NCBI GenBank assembly: GCA_002269645.1
Contig: NIVC01003878.1
Span: 8,475 to 72,474 of the forward strand
DNA from: Macrostomum lignano
Taxonomy: Eukaryota
Direction: 5' to 3'
Length of the DNA stretch: 64,000 nucleotides
Positions 25,745 to 37,250 of this stretch are shown here, in pieces (the stretch's first letter is position 1; each line of letters opens with the position of its first letter). A program made the translations under genes and the position numbers. The notes under the pieces are model-generated. The model did no database searches, was not told where the DNA came from, and was given only the letters and a program-made list of their open reading frames with translations.

Positions 25745-28700
25745 TGTTCTTTCTTTCTATCTGTCTGTCTGCCTGTCTCTCTATGCCTCTCTCTGTCTGT
25801 CTGTCTGTCTGTCCGCCCGCCTGCCTGCACCCCAGACCGGCGGTGCATTAAAGCCACCTTAGTCTTTAACAAGCCCCAGGCCCAACCCCAACTTAGCCCC
25901 GGATATTCGCACCGAAATCGCCCGCAAAGAAGGCCAAAGCCCAACCAGAGAAAAAACACGCCACCAACAGGGCAGCACCGGAGCAAAAATTGGCCAAAAC
26001 ATCTCCTGAAGGCGCCCAGAAAAAAGCACCAGCCGCCAACAAATATCCAACAAAAGAGATAAAAAATAACTGCCACCAACCCATCGGGCCTCAACCGGCC
26101 TTCAAAAGTCGGTTCGGTTGGAAGGGGGGCATTAAGTGGCTCGCCGTCATAAACTACAGTGCCCCACAGCTCCATGTAGCAACCAGTCCGGTAGAGACCA
26201 GCAGACCAGAGAGAGAGAGAGAGGGAGAAATTGCCGATAAATCAGAGAGGAGGCAGAGATAGAAGGCCCGCCGCCCGCAGACCCCCAAATATTTACCTAC
26301 AACTGCAGGGTTCACTGCGGGTCTAGTTAGCCAAGGGGATCCAAATAAAAATTGCATAAAGATACGAGTGGGGAGAAGGCTAGAGGGGCGGCAGATAAGG
26401 CTTGTCGAGGCCGCGTATCTATCATGGGCGCTTGCATAAAGTTTGCAGCAAAGCTGAAGAAAAAATTGCTCCAGTTTTAATACCAGCCCCAGCGCATACT
26501 GAGACAGGCCGTCTTCGCATCTGCCTCTTCAGGCAAGCAGGCCTTCCACCCTGCTTTCCTAATTTTCCTTCAGGCTCGGCTTCAGGCTGGCCAGCCTCTG
26601 CAGAGTGGCTCCTCGAAATTCCCAATTTCAATCTACTTCAACATTCCAAAAATTCAACTTCACAATCAGCTAAACCCTTAAACTTCCCCAATCCTTGAAC
26701 TTCCCCAATCCTTAAACTTCCCCAATTCTTAAACTTCCCCAATCCTTGAACTTCCCCAATCCTTAAACTTCCCCAATTCTTAAACTTCCCCAATCCTTAA
26801 ACTTCCCCAATTCTTAAACTTCCCCAATCCTTAAACTTCCCCAATCCTTAAACTTCCCCAATCCTTAAACTTCCCCAATTCTTAAACTTCCCCAATCCTT
26901 GAATTCCCCAATCCTTAAACTTCCCCAATCCTTAAACTTCCCAAATTCTTAAACTTCCCCAATTCTTAAACTTCCCCAATCCTTGAACTTCCCCAATCCT
27001 TGAATTCCCCAATCCTTAAACTTCCCCAATCCTTAAACTTCCCCAATTCTTAAACTTCCCAATCCTTAAACTTGACCAATCCTTGAACTTCCCCAATCCT
27101 TAAACTTCCCCAAATTTTTAAACTCCCCCAATCCTTAAACTTCCCCAATTCTTAAACTTCCCCAATCCTTAAACTTGACCAATCCTTAAACTTCCCCAAT
27201 TCTTAAACTTCCCCAATCCTTAAACTTCCCCAATCCTTAAACTTCCCCAATTCTTAAACTTCCCTAATCCTTAAACTTCCCCAATTCTTAAACTTCCCCA
27301 ATTCTTAAACTTCCCCAATTCTTAAACTTCCCCAATTCTTAAACTTTCCCAATTCTTAAGCTTCCCAAATTCTTAAACTTCCCCAATTCTTAAACTTCCC
27401 CAATAAAATCCATATAGCAATCCTCAAAGTTCACAATATCGAGACTTTGTCAACCCCGAATTTCAGATTGCTATACCCAGATTCGGCATTTTAAAACGCC
27501 ATGTGTTCAGCACAGCCTCCGCCCCATTCTTCCCTCCCTATCGCGGCCTGCTACATGTAGGTATCACCAGAGACTGCAATTTCTTTCACTAATACCCGAG
27601 ACAAGAAAAGCCAGGTTGCTGCTTCTGCTTGGCTACTCCTACCTGCAGCGCCGCCAATACGGCTTACTGTTAAAAAGCTTAAACTGCGCAAAAAGCTTGC
27701 GCAGATACTCGTGTCGTATCATGCAGGGTACGCACAATTTCAATTTGCGCAATTTCTTTCTGCTTTTTGTTCTGTTTTTGGAGAGGCCGCTTGAGAAAAT
27801 AAGGAATTTTTAAAATGGGATATTTCTCGATTATTCCGCAGCCTGTCTGCCATCGCATTCTCTTGAATCATTCCAGATGATCTTTATAATTCTGCCCTCT
27901 GATCTGGTTGCTTATCCATCTACACTCTAATCCTACAACTATCTACCCCTCTAATCCCGCATTTATCTACCCATCTAAACCCCAGCATCTATCTACCCCT
28001 AAACCAGCATCTATCTACTCCTCAAATCCTACATCTATCTACCTCTCTAATCCTACATCTATCTACCTCTCTAATCCTACATCTATCTACCTCTCTAATC
28101 CTACATCTATCTACCCCTCTAATCCTACATCTATCTACCTCTCTAATCCTACATCTATCTACCTCTCTAATCCTACATCTATCTACCTCTCTAATCCTAC
28201 ATCTATCTACCTCTCTAATCCTACATCTATTTACCTCTCGACTCGATAATGAATATCGATAAAAATAAAACTTATCCCTAAACTCACACTAATCTACTTA
28301 CAACTTGGCTAATAACTCCATCATCTTTGTTAACCCTCTAAGCGCAACTCGCTTTGTCACCTCACCGTCACTTTGCTAAAATCAGCAGCCAAGCAGCCTC
28401 CTCAGTCGCTCTGGAGTCACAGTCCGCTATTGCTCACAAGCCCCCCCCGTAAAGGAGTGACTCAGCACAGCACAACTGCTCAACTGTAACATCCCCCCCA
28501 ACCCGAGTCGGTCAACCCGAATAAAAATGATTATTTCAAACCACACATCGGATGGATAGTTTATCTCGCAGAGGCCAACTACGAGCTATTTTACAACTTT
28601 TTGTAATGCATGATTAAGCTGGAATAATTTTCCCACTAACATAGCAGGGGGGGGGGCTACGAGGTCACCGAGGAGAGAGAATGATAGGAAAGCGCCGGCT

Positions 28701-30605
28701 GCAAGGAGCGCAAGGGTATTAAAAAAACTTGAATTGCCCGCAACCCCCTGCCCCCAGCCCCGCAGAGTCGGTCAGAAACTGCTCTGCCACTCTGTCTGGC
28801 AATAAAATTTTGATATTTATCGCCTTTTTAGAACCATACATGGGGAGCATGCGGCGTGCAGAAGAGAATTGAAGCCGGCAGCAGCAGCAGCACACGAGGG
28901 GGGGGGGCCGGTCACCCCGGCCGCGGCCCCTTTTTGACCCCTGCTTAAAATTGTTATAAAAGTTATAAAACCCACCGACCGGTTGCTATCGTGTTGCTAG
29001 GCCGATACTTGTGTGGCAACTGGCAATAACTATATAAATATATATATTCAAATTTCTGACCTTACCTGTTGAAGCAACACAGAAATTCAGCCTGTGTCTC
29101 TGCTTTCATCTTATTGCCTCACTCTCACCCTGTCTGTCTCACCCTAACACTGTCTCACTCCCACACTGTCTCACTCCCACACTGTCTCACTCCCACACTG
29201 TCTCACTCCCACACTGTCTCACTCCCCCTCACTGTCTCACTCCCACACTATCTCACTCCCACACTGTCTCACTCCCACACTGTCTCACTCCCACACTGTC
29301 TCACTCTCACACTGTCTCACTCCCCCTCACTGTCTCACTCCCACACTATCTCACTCCCACACTGTTTCACTCCCACACTGTCTCACTCTCACTCTGTCTC
29401 ACTTCCCCTGCCTCATCCACACTGTCTCACTCCCACACTGTCTCACTCCCACACCGTCTCACTCCCAGTCTCACTCCCACACTGTCTCACTCCCACACCG
29501 TCTCACTCCCAGTCTCACTCCCACACTGTCTCACTCCCACACTGTCTCACTCTCACACTGTCTCACTCCCCCTCACTGTCTCACTCCCACACTATCTCAC
29601 TCCCACACTGTCTCACTCCCACACTGTCTCACTCCCACACTGTCTCACTCCCACACTGTCTCACTCCCACACTGTCTCACTCTCACACTGTCTCACTCCC
29701 CCTCACTGTCTCACTCCCACACTACTCCCACACTGTCTCACTCCCACACTGTCTCACTCACTCACTTCCCCACTGTCTCACTCCCACACTGTCTCACTCT
29801 CACTCTGTCTCACTTCCCCTGTCTCATCCACACTGTCTCACTCCCACACTCTCACTCCCACACTGTCTCACTCCCACACCGTCTCACTCCCAGTCTCACT
29901 CCCACACTGTCTCACTCCCACACTGTCTCACTCTCACTCTGTCTCACTTCCCCTGTCTCATCCACACTGTCTCACTCCCACACTCTCACTCCCACACTGT
30001 CTCACTCCCACACCGTCTCACTCCCAGTCTCACTCCCACACTGTCTCACTCCCACACCGTCTCACTCCCACACTGTCTCACTCCCACACTGTCTCACTCC
30101 CACAGTCTCACTCCCACACTGTCTCACTCCCACACTGTCTCACTCCCACACTGTCTCACTCCCACAGTCTCACTCCCACACAGTCTCACTCAAACGAAAA
30201 AGTCAAAGGTATAGAAAGACTCACTCGGCTTTGGTGAGACTCAAGACGACAGGCGGGCCGCTGGCATTGATGTACATGCTGAGCTTCAATGAAGCGCGGT
30301 AGCTCTCCTGGGAACAAATCCGTCATACTCGTGCAAATAAGTACAAAATTTGGAGTTAAAATAATTTTCAAATGTCAATCAAAACAAGATCGGCCATTCA
30401 CTCACATAGGGCGCATTTTCCACGCACTGTTTCAGCGGGGCTAGGGGCTGCGTGTCGCACAGAATATAAGTTACTGTGAACACCTTGTAGCCAAGGAATG
30501 CTTTGTAGTCTTCCATGGCCTTGACAATTGCCTTGGCATCGGCTGGGCATCCGGACAGACAGAGCGGCCAGTTGTTGCAGTGGAAGCGGAACTCGCTGGG
30601 CGACA
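12472..30605 (-). CDS. ADAM family (disintegrin and metalloprotease) transmembrane protein, non-catalytic type; at least 7 exons and about 1000 aa; 5'-most exon not found
   Basis: Exons, all GT-AG with consistent phases: 30605-30406, 30307-30225, 22727-22259, 21301-20877, 15373-14416, 14179-13677, 12844-12472. Prodomain: CFYEGKIQGDPQSSAFVDVC...FTIQP. Metalloprotease-fold segment: VKLAVVIDYSL, ALLLLTG, VCT, LAGLAVAEQLGM with no His. Disintegrin: CGNGRLDRSEECD...CRASTNNCDLPELCNG. Also Cys-rich and EGF (CSGRGVCTTRAACLCRPGWTGRSC) domains, a TM helix (LICALVGFFLLLLVVTSAYIC) and a Gly/Ser-rich tail. Confidence 0.9.
13157..13612 (-). mobile_element. MITE copy 2 (456 bp), in the last ADAM intron
   Basis: Near-identical reverse complement of 9262-9711; flanks GTTTTTCC / TTTTTTCC give a 7/8 match for an 8-bp TSD. 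Confidence 0.92.
16521..20786. repeat. 27-bp satellite array (about 158 units) with higher-order structure, inside an ADAM intron
   Basis: Unit gatgggatttgggatattttataatca; variant patterns recur at 216-bp and 1809-bp offsets, visible in the ORF track. Confidence 0.97.
21405..22200. repeat. 20-bp minisatellite interrupted by a 140-bp insertion
   Basis: Unit gattggatgagctgagacta; a unique insert lies at 21857-21996. Confidence 0.95.
21857..21996 (-). mobile_element. Very short solo-LTR-like insertion (140 bp)
   Basis: TGT...ACA termini; 5-bp TSD GAGCT at 21852-21856 and 21997-22001, a sequence present once per unit in the surrounding array; AATAAA on the - strand at 21873-21878, near the element's 3' end. 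Confidence 0.8.
22735..23530. repeat. About 40-bp minisatellite abutting an ADAM splice acceptor
   Basis: Unit gccagtgtacattgggtaagggacagggggttggcggaga (39-41 bp). Confidence 0.95.
24277..24880. repeat. (GACA)n plus compound GACAGGGAGA repeat
   Basis: A gaca run followed by 20-bp gacagacagggagagacagg / gacagacagggagagacaag blocks. Confidence 0.93.
25318..25810. repeat. (TATC)n / (TACC)n / (TTTC)n / (TCTG)n compound microsatellite
   Basis: Direct reading. Confidence 0.95.
26665..27402. repeat. 17-bp minisatellite
   Basis: Unit aaacttccccaatcctt with an aattctt variant. Confidence 0.95.
27915..28235. repeat. 24-bp minisatellite
   Basis: Unit atctatctacctctctaatcctac. Confidence 0.93.
29140..30191. 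repeat. 16-bp minisatellite
   Basis: Unit cactgtctcactccca; starts about 33 nt inside the intron from the ADAM donor at 30224. Confidence 0.95.
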
Positions 30606-30689
30606 CTGCAAATGGGAATCAATTAACAGCTTGGGGGATTAGTGTGCCTGGATTAGCCCGATGCAAACTTCTAAGCACAGTGCAATTTG

Positions 30690-31150
30690 ATTGTCAGGGT
30701 CTCTGAGTTGGGTGTCAGGGGCTCCGAGTTGGGTGTCAGGGGCTCCGAGTTGGGTGTCAGGGGCTCCGAGTTGGGTGTCAGGGGCTCCGAGTTGGGTGTC
30801 AGGGTCTCTGAGTTGGGTGTCAGGGGCTCCGAGTTGGGTGTCAGGGGCTCCGAGTTGGGTGTCAGGGGCACCGAGTTGGGTGTCAGAGGCACCGAGTTGG
30901 GTGTCAGGGGCTCCGAGTTGGGTGTCAGGGGCACCGAGTTGGGTGTCAGAGGCACCGAGTTGGGTGTCAGAGGCACCGAGTTGGGTGTCAGGGGCACCGA
31001 GTTGGGTGTCAGGGGCACCGAGTTGGGTGTCAGGGGCACCGAGTTGGGTGTCAGGGGCTCCGAGTTGGGTGTCAGGTCAGGGGCTCCGAGTTTGTTGTCA
31101 GGGGCACCGAGTTGGGTGTCAGGTCAGGGGCTCCGAGTTGAGTGTCAGGG
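30690..31150. repeat. 21-bp minisatellite
   Basis: Unit gggctccgagttgggtgtcag with ggcaccgag variants. Confidence 0.95.
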
Positions 31151-32537
31151 GCTTTGATCCGGAATTCAGAGTAACAATTAATTTTATTTCAGACCCTACC
31201 CAATTGCTTCTGGCGGGCCAACTTTAAATATAACAACAATAGTGATTTATCTAGGCGTTTAAGTAAGCGGAGGCTGGGGTAGTTTTCCAAGAAATCGAGA
31301 ACCCGGGAGCGCGCCAAGTGTAAAGCGACTGGGGGGTGGGGGGTGGCAAAACGCTAAACGGGTCACAGGGGATTAGGGCAGTCCCGTTGAGTAGGCAGGC
31401 AAGACAAATAAACACTGGATGGAATTGAGCTCCATGAGGCCGCCAGAACACTGACGCCTAACCATATGCATGAACCGAGGCCATGCACACAATTCTAACA
31501 TTAGTTCGAACAAACCTTGGAATTTGGGGAATAGCGGCTGCAGAGACAGACTTAATAATAATACAAAAAATAAGGGGAGAGGAGAGAAGGGGAGAGATGA
31601 GAGGGAGAATTGGGAGATGCACAGACGAGATCAGGACGCATCATTCAACGGAATCAAAGACTTGGAAGTTTTGCGTCAAGTTTAGTTAGTTTAAAGCACT
31701 AAAAAGAAACTGCGGGACCTCGTGAGAAAACTTGACGAAAAACCCGGAAACCAGAAACCATATACCAGACACAATAAAAATGGTGCTTCCTGGCTCAGTA
31801 CTAAATTAATAATCGCGCAAGATTGTAACATTCCAAGTTCCAGCCATTCCACCAGCTCCAGTCCGACAACTGGCTTAAACAGGCCAAGTTTTGCCGATCA
31901 GATCGTCAGGAAAGGAGCCGGAGTGTGAGCCACTAAGCCAGTTATAAACTTTTATTAACTAACCCCCCCCACCCCACACACGCACACTCAAGCGGACCCC
32001 CGCTGCTTTCCAACAACACGCTGATGAAATGCCGGTTTTATTGGGCCCGCCCGCCGCCAGCACGGGGGCGATTCCAGCCGCCACCCCATTGACTCGTTTT
32101 AAAATAAAAGCCGCGCGGGCTCGCCTCCGCCCCAGCTCCCACTTCTCTCTAGATAGAAATTTTGAGAGCCATATAAACAGGATGGAATTGGTCGTAAATA
32201 GGAGGCCGACCGATCATGGACCTTAGAAGTTGTAAATCCACCACGGCCCAGCGACTGACGGCGGCGGGCCTGGAACAGCTCTTGGCAAAGGGCTCGAAAT
32301 GCTGCTTCGTATGCCTGAAATGCTCTTGGAGCGTTCCAGCGGCGCAGCCAGGCATTGGGGTGGGCACGTGGGCTGGAGCAGCAAAAATTCTGGGAAATGG
32401 AAGGGGAGGCAAGGGGCCGAAAAGATGGCATTCCTTGCAGCCTTACTGCTGGCGTCCCTGCTGCTGGCACCTCCACGTACTGCGGCGCCACGACCCCACG
32501 ATGGAGCCCCCACCAAAAATCCTGCTACATACCTGAG

Positions 32538-32700
32538 TAGATAGGTAGATAGAGATACATAGATAGATAGACAGAGAGATAGATAGAGAGATAGATAGAT
32601 AGATAGATAGAGAGATAGATAGAGAAATAGATAGATAGATAGAGAGATAGATAGATAGAGAGATAGATAGATAGAGAGAGAGATAGAGAGATAGATAGAG

Positions 32701-32747
<47 letters not shown>

Positions 32748-32960
32748 GAGATAGATAGATAGATAGATAGAGAGATAGATAGATAGAGAGATAGATAGAG
32801 AAATAGATAGATAGATAGAGAGATAGATAGATAGAGAGAGTGATAGAGAGATAGATAGAGAGATAGATAGATAGAGAGATAGATAGATAGATAGATAGAT
32901 AGAGAGATAGATAGATAGATAGATAGAGAGATAGATAGATAGAGAGATAGATAGATAGAG

Positions 32961-33023
<63 letters not shown>

Positions 33024-33024
33024 G

Positions 33025-33091
<67 letters not shown>

Positions 33092-33092
33092 G

Positions 33093-33178
<86 letters not shown>

Positions 33179-33180
33179 GC

Positions 33181-33254
<74 letters not shown>

Positions 33255-33295
33255 GCAGACAGACAGATAGACAGACAGACAGACGCAGACAGACA
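32538..33295. repeat. (GATA)n then (GACA)n microsatellite
   Basis: Direct reading. Confidence 0.96.
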
Positions 33296-35067
33296 TGTTT
33301 TTTTCGATTTGGCCTATTTTGAGGACAAATATTTTGCGGCTATCGTTACTGTTAGAGGGACAAATGCATTCCTGGATTTCAAAGTAACAAGTTAGCGTAA
33401 ATTAATTAAAAAACAATCACAACTACACATCGGGGTGCACAGACTCAACAGTGTTCTATTCTCACTTCATTTACTTTGTGAATTTAGCCAGTTTGGGAGG
33501 GGGATTAACAGCACAAAGGTCCCATGCAGCGCCTGCAGGGGGCAGGGGGCGGGGGGGGGTCGGTCAGGCTGGCAGAGTGGCACAGAGGCTGTAAAAGCTA
33601 CCCAGACCCGAAAACACAGATAAAAATGCCGCCCGCGTGGCCCCAGCCCCCAATAAAAGTTAAAATAAAGACCACACGGTGGGGGGGCATTTTAAGACCC
33701 AGCCATAGAGACGCACAAGTCTTTCTTCCCCTCATACCGCTATATAGTGATGAGAGTACAAGCAAAGTCTGCGCTAGTATTGGGGTGCAATAAATCTTCT
33801 GAAGGCCCCGAGACAACAGCGGCGGTTTCTTGGTCTGTGGTGTGTGTTGTGTGTGCGTGTGTCTCTCTCACTGAGCAGGGAGAACATGCACAAGCGACTT
33901 AGCGACACTCTCCAAAAAGTGGAGCTTAATTCGTTTCTTAAATTCGTGTTTTTAACACACGATGAGTCGGGAGTTGCATTGAAAACTGAGCACTTAAATG
34001 CACTCAATGGCTGCTTACAAACAAACTTGATTGTGTGTCTGGGCTGGGGGTTCCCGAACCCGAGCTTTTCTAGGTCACCACCTTATTACGAGAGTACTGA
34101 GAGCACCATAGCAGAAGGCCTGTAGTTAACCAATGTACATTTGTTATACATCCAACTTAATCATGCTAATCTGCCTTGATCTAATTAGCATAATTGCGTT
34201 ATGCTACAGAGTAGAGACAGAGGTTCGAGCTGCAGTGCCATGGAGCTGGGCCCCCAATTCCGCCTATGATGGCTCGATTCAAGGTCAAATGGATGGAAGA
34301 CCGAGAACTCTGAATAGGAGAAACGAAGGCTATAGATGAGGACCCCCAATGAGAATGAATATACGAGTTAAATTACTCACTGGCCGCAGAGCACGCCAGA
34401 AAAGCGTTAGTCGATAAGGCAGCTAGAATTAGCAGACACCTGACTGCTGACGGCGAAATCAGGCCTTGACAACTGGGTGTCATATTTATTTTACTTTGCA
34501 GATGCTGGGCTGACAACTCTGCAGTTAGTGCAAGTCACTAGCTCTTTAAGTAGCTATTTTGTAGCGAAAGGCTGCGGTGTTTATACGAAAAAACACAGCA
34601 AGTCAAGTGCGGCTTGTATTTCTATGTAAAGCAACAATTGAAACAGAAAAGTCTAGTGTCTAGAAACCAAATGCATGGCTAATATATAGAAGTAGCGGGT
34701 GGAGACGAGGGCCTGCCCCCGCCCCTCACTCCACCCCGAACCTCACAGTTAACAACAGCCAATCAGCGCCGACCAAATCTTGTCTGGCGAAGTCATTCTG
34801 CGTGTGCGTTATATACTACTGATGAAATAGAATATAAGCGAATGGTAGTAGTATTGAAACTTAGCTTAAAATAGGATACTTATTTATTCTTGTCATTTTA
34901 AAGGGCTAACGACGACAACAACAACAGAAGAAACAACCCAAAAAGTTATGCAGTCAAGGTGTGTCAGATAACACGCCGCAGCGTGAGCGAGCGGACGGAG
35001 TCAGTCTACGAATCGACGCGTAGTCGCGTAGTAGGCAGTCGATGTATCGACGGGTTCGCGCCAGGTC

Positions 35068-35470
35068 CACAGACAGATACTAAAATAACTGGATAGGCCA
35101 CTCAGGCACAAATACTTAGTAAAACAGCTTTCTACTTTCAGTTCAGTAGCAATGAAGAAGTTTAGAAGCCCAAGCTTGCAGACGAAAACAATTTGCTAAT
35201 TGGTTCAGCAATAATGTACATTACCCAGTCCAAATGAAATGTACATGGCAGCTTTCCGAGAATTCCGAGAAAGGCAATAAAAATTGGGGCGAGGCGGGGG
35301 AATAGTGTGAAAAGGTGCGGTTGGAGGGTTTAAGCTGGGGCTTAAGAGCCAATAAATGAGCCTTGACTTTAAAAATACATCAAAATGCTTCTGTTTAACT
35401 TGCTACTGATACTGAACTGAAAGTAGTTTACACGCAAATGTGCTGTGTGGATGGCCCATCTAGTTATTCT
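35068..35470 (+). mobile_element. MITE copy 3, diverged; right end replaced by (TA)n
   Basis: Starts cacagacagatactaaaataactggataggccactcaggc and is colinear with copy 1, with internal indels; ends ...ggcccatctagttattct followed by a TA run. Confidence 0.85.
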
Positions 35471-35519
35471 ATACATATTCTATATATATATATATATATA
35501 TCTATACAAGGTGAACAGC

Positions 35520-37250
35520 AGGACGTCCTGTAGAGTCAGGGGGTAGTAGCTCTCGGCCCGGGTCACGTGACCCGCAGGTTGAAGTCGCTACCTGTGCAAG
35601 GATGCCTGGATGCCAGACGGGCGTTGCAGCTGGGCCCTCTGGTACAGAGCTTTGGTCCCAACGCCCTCGTCAGCTCGAAAGGCGGTGCAGAGCAGCCCCG
35701 AACGCGCCGAGTCCAGCTAGATAGATTCGCGGTGCGGGACATCAGCGATATCCCCTGTTGGTCTTCTTTCCGCGTTGTTCTGGCTTTGTTTGGGATCAGC
35801 ACAATGTGCGCTGCTTTCTAATCGGTGGGTGCAGGGGCGCCAGTAAGCACGCGGTTCATCACGCATGAATCACCTGGGAAGCCTCACAGCAGAGCCGCAG
35901 AGGTTCGACCAGAACTCCGTCCGGCCCTATCCGTTTTGTTGCCTGTGGCGCCTGTTTGTTGTAGGAACCGGGCTGGTACAGAAATCCTTCTCAGCTGTTC
36001 GGCGTGTGTTCGGCGTGAGCGAGAAGTTGGTGGGTAGCGGTGGTGCCATCACGTTCACGATGCTGGCGAATTAAGTCACGAAGGTCAATCCTGCGCTCCT
36101 TCGGAGAGTCGCCGGCCAGGTTCACCGCCACGTGCTTTTTGTGTCCAGTCAGGGTGCGAACAGCCGTCCACACTGCTCAGGTCTTGAGGTCGAGGCCGGC
36201 TAAAATGACGGACCGGACGGCGTCGTCGACATAGTCCTGCTGCCGCTCGTCCAGTAGGTGCATAAAAAGCGTCCTCAGCGTCGCCCGTGGGCCGTCAGTT
36301 TCTCCTAAGGCTGGTGGATCCGCTCTGCCAGACAAGCAAGCGGTTGCTGCACCGATCCTATCAGCGGGACCATCTGTTCAGCAGTAACTCTCACGGCGGC
36401 GCTGATGTCTACACAGCCCGCCTCGCGCTGATCGCTATGCGCGTCGGCGAAGGCATCGGCAAACTGTCGTTTCGTGCAAGAGTCCAACAGAGCGCGGTAG
36501 TAGCGTCGTGGCCGCTTCTTAGAACGTAGGTAGATCTGGTAGTTGAGTTGAGTTGCATGTTGCAGAGCAGGAGTCAGTGGTCTGACCGGAAAGCCAGCGG
36601 TGTCATGGTGTCGCAGTTAATGACGAAACGACGCTCGCCAGTCCGGACCAGCGCGTGATCGGGTTGCACTAGCCACTTCGTGGCGTTCCACCCGCGTGCA
36701 TTCCGCCGCCTCCTCTTGCAGCCCGCAAAGGTGACCAGGCGGGAGGGGGACATGCGGAACTGGGTGTTAGCGGACACCAGGTCTAGCCGGGCCAGCTGGT
36801 CCTCCCAGCGCATTCGTCTTGGCGCTCTCGCGTCCGGTGACAAATGAGGAGCGCTCAGACCTTCATGGAGAGGAATTGCATTTCTGCCTCCGAGCACCAC
36901 TAGTGTGTCTCGGCTTGGTACTTTATCCAGCTGCTCAGCCAGGAGGTCAAAAAACACTCGTGCTTCCTCTGGGTGAGCAGCTTTGGGCGAGAACGCGCAG
37001 AACAACCGAGCACGCAGGCACAGGTCGACACTTAACAGACGCGGGGACAGCCAGCGACACGCAGTGCATGCCGAAGGCGCGGTGCAATCAGTAAAACGAC
37101 GTCGGTCGCGGTCTTCTGCCGACGTGTACAAGAGGTTCCACCCGACTCCAAGGTTCTCAGAATGAAGATCTGGCTTAGAGACCTGCAGCGCTAATAAATT
37201 CAGCTGTAGCTGTAGGGAGCCTAGCCTGAGGCGGCCAGATGGTAAAGCTG
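35520..37250 (-). mobile_element. Decayed non-LTR retrotransposon (APE endonuclease plus start of RT; RTE-like)
   Basis: ORF 36574..37326 carries endonuclease motifs AFSPKAAHPEEARVFFDLLAEQLDKVPSRDTLVVLGGRNA, LVSANTQF and the terminal SDH. Downstream fragments GPDGVLVEPLR and KAAHIVLIPNK...GISLMSRTA match the pre-RT and RT domain 0-1 region. Many stops and frameshifts; no RT core seen. Confidence 0.8.

Noticed and set aside
32424-32544. Signal-peptide-like + strand ORF MAFLAALLLASLLLAPPRTAAP...
   Set aside because: Only about 39 aa, runs into a GATA microsatellite, and is on the wrong strand to be the missing ADAM leader.
34700-34775. GC-box plus CCAAT as the ADAM promoter
   Set aside because: The motifs are present, but the first exon and TSS are unknown, so they cannot be assigned.
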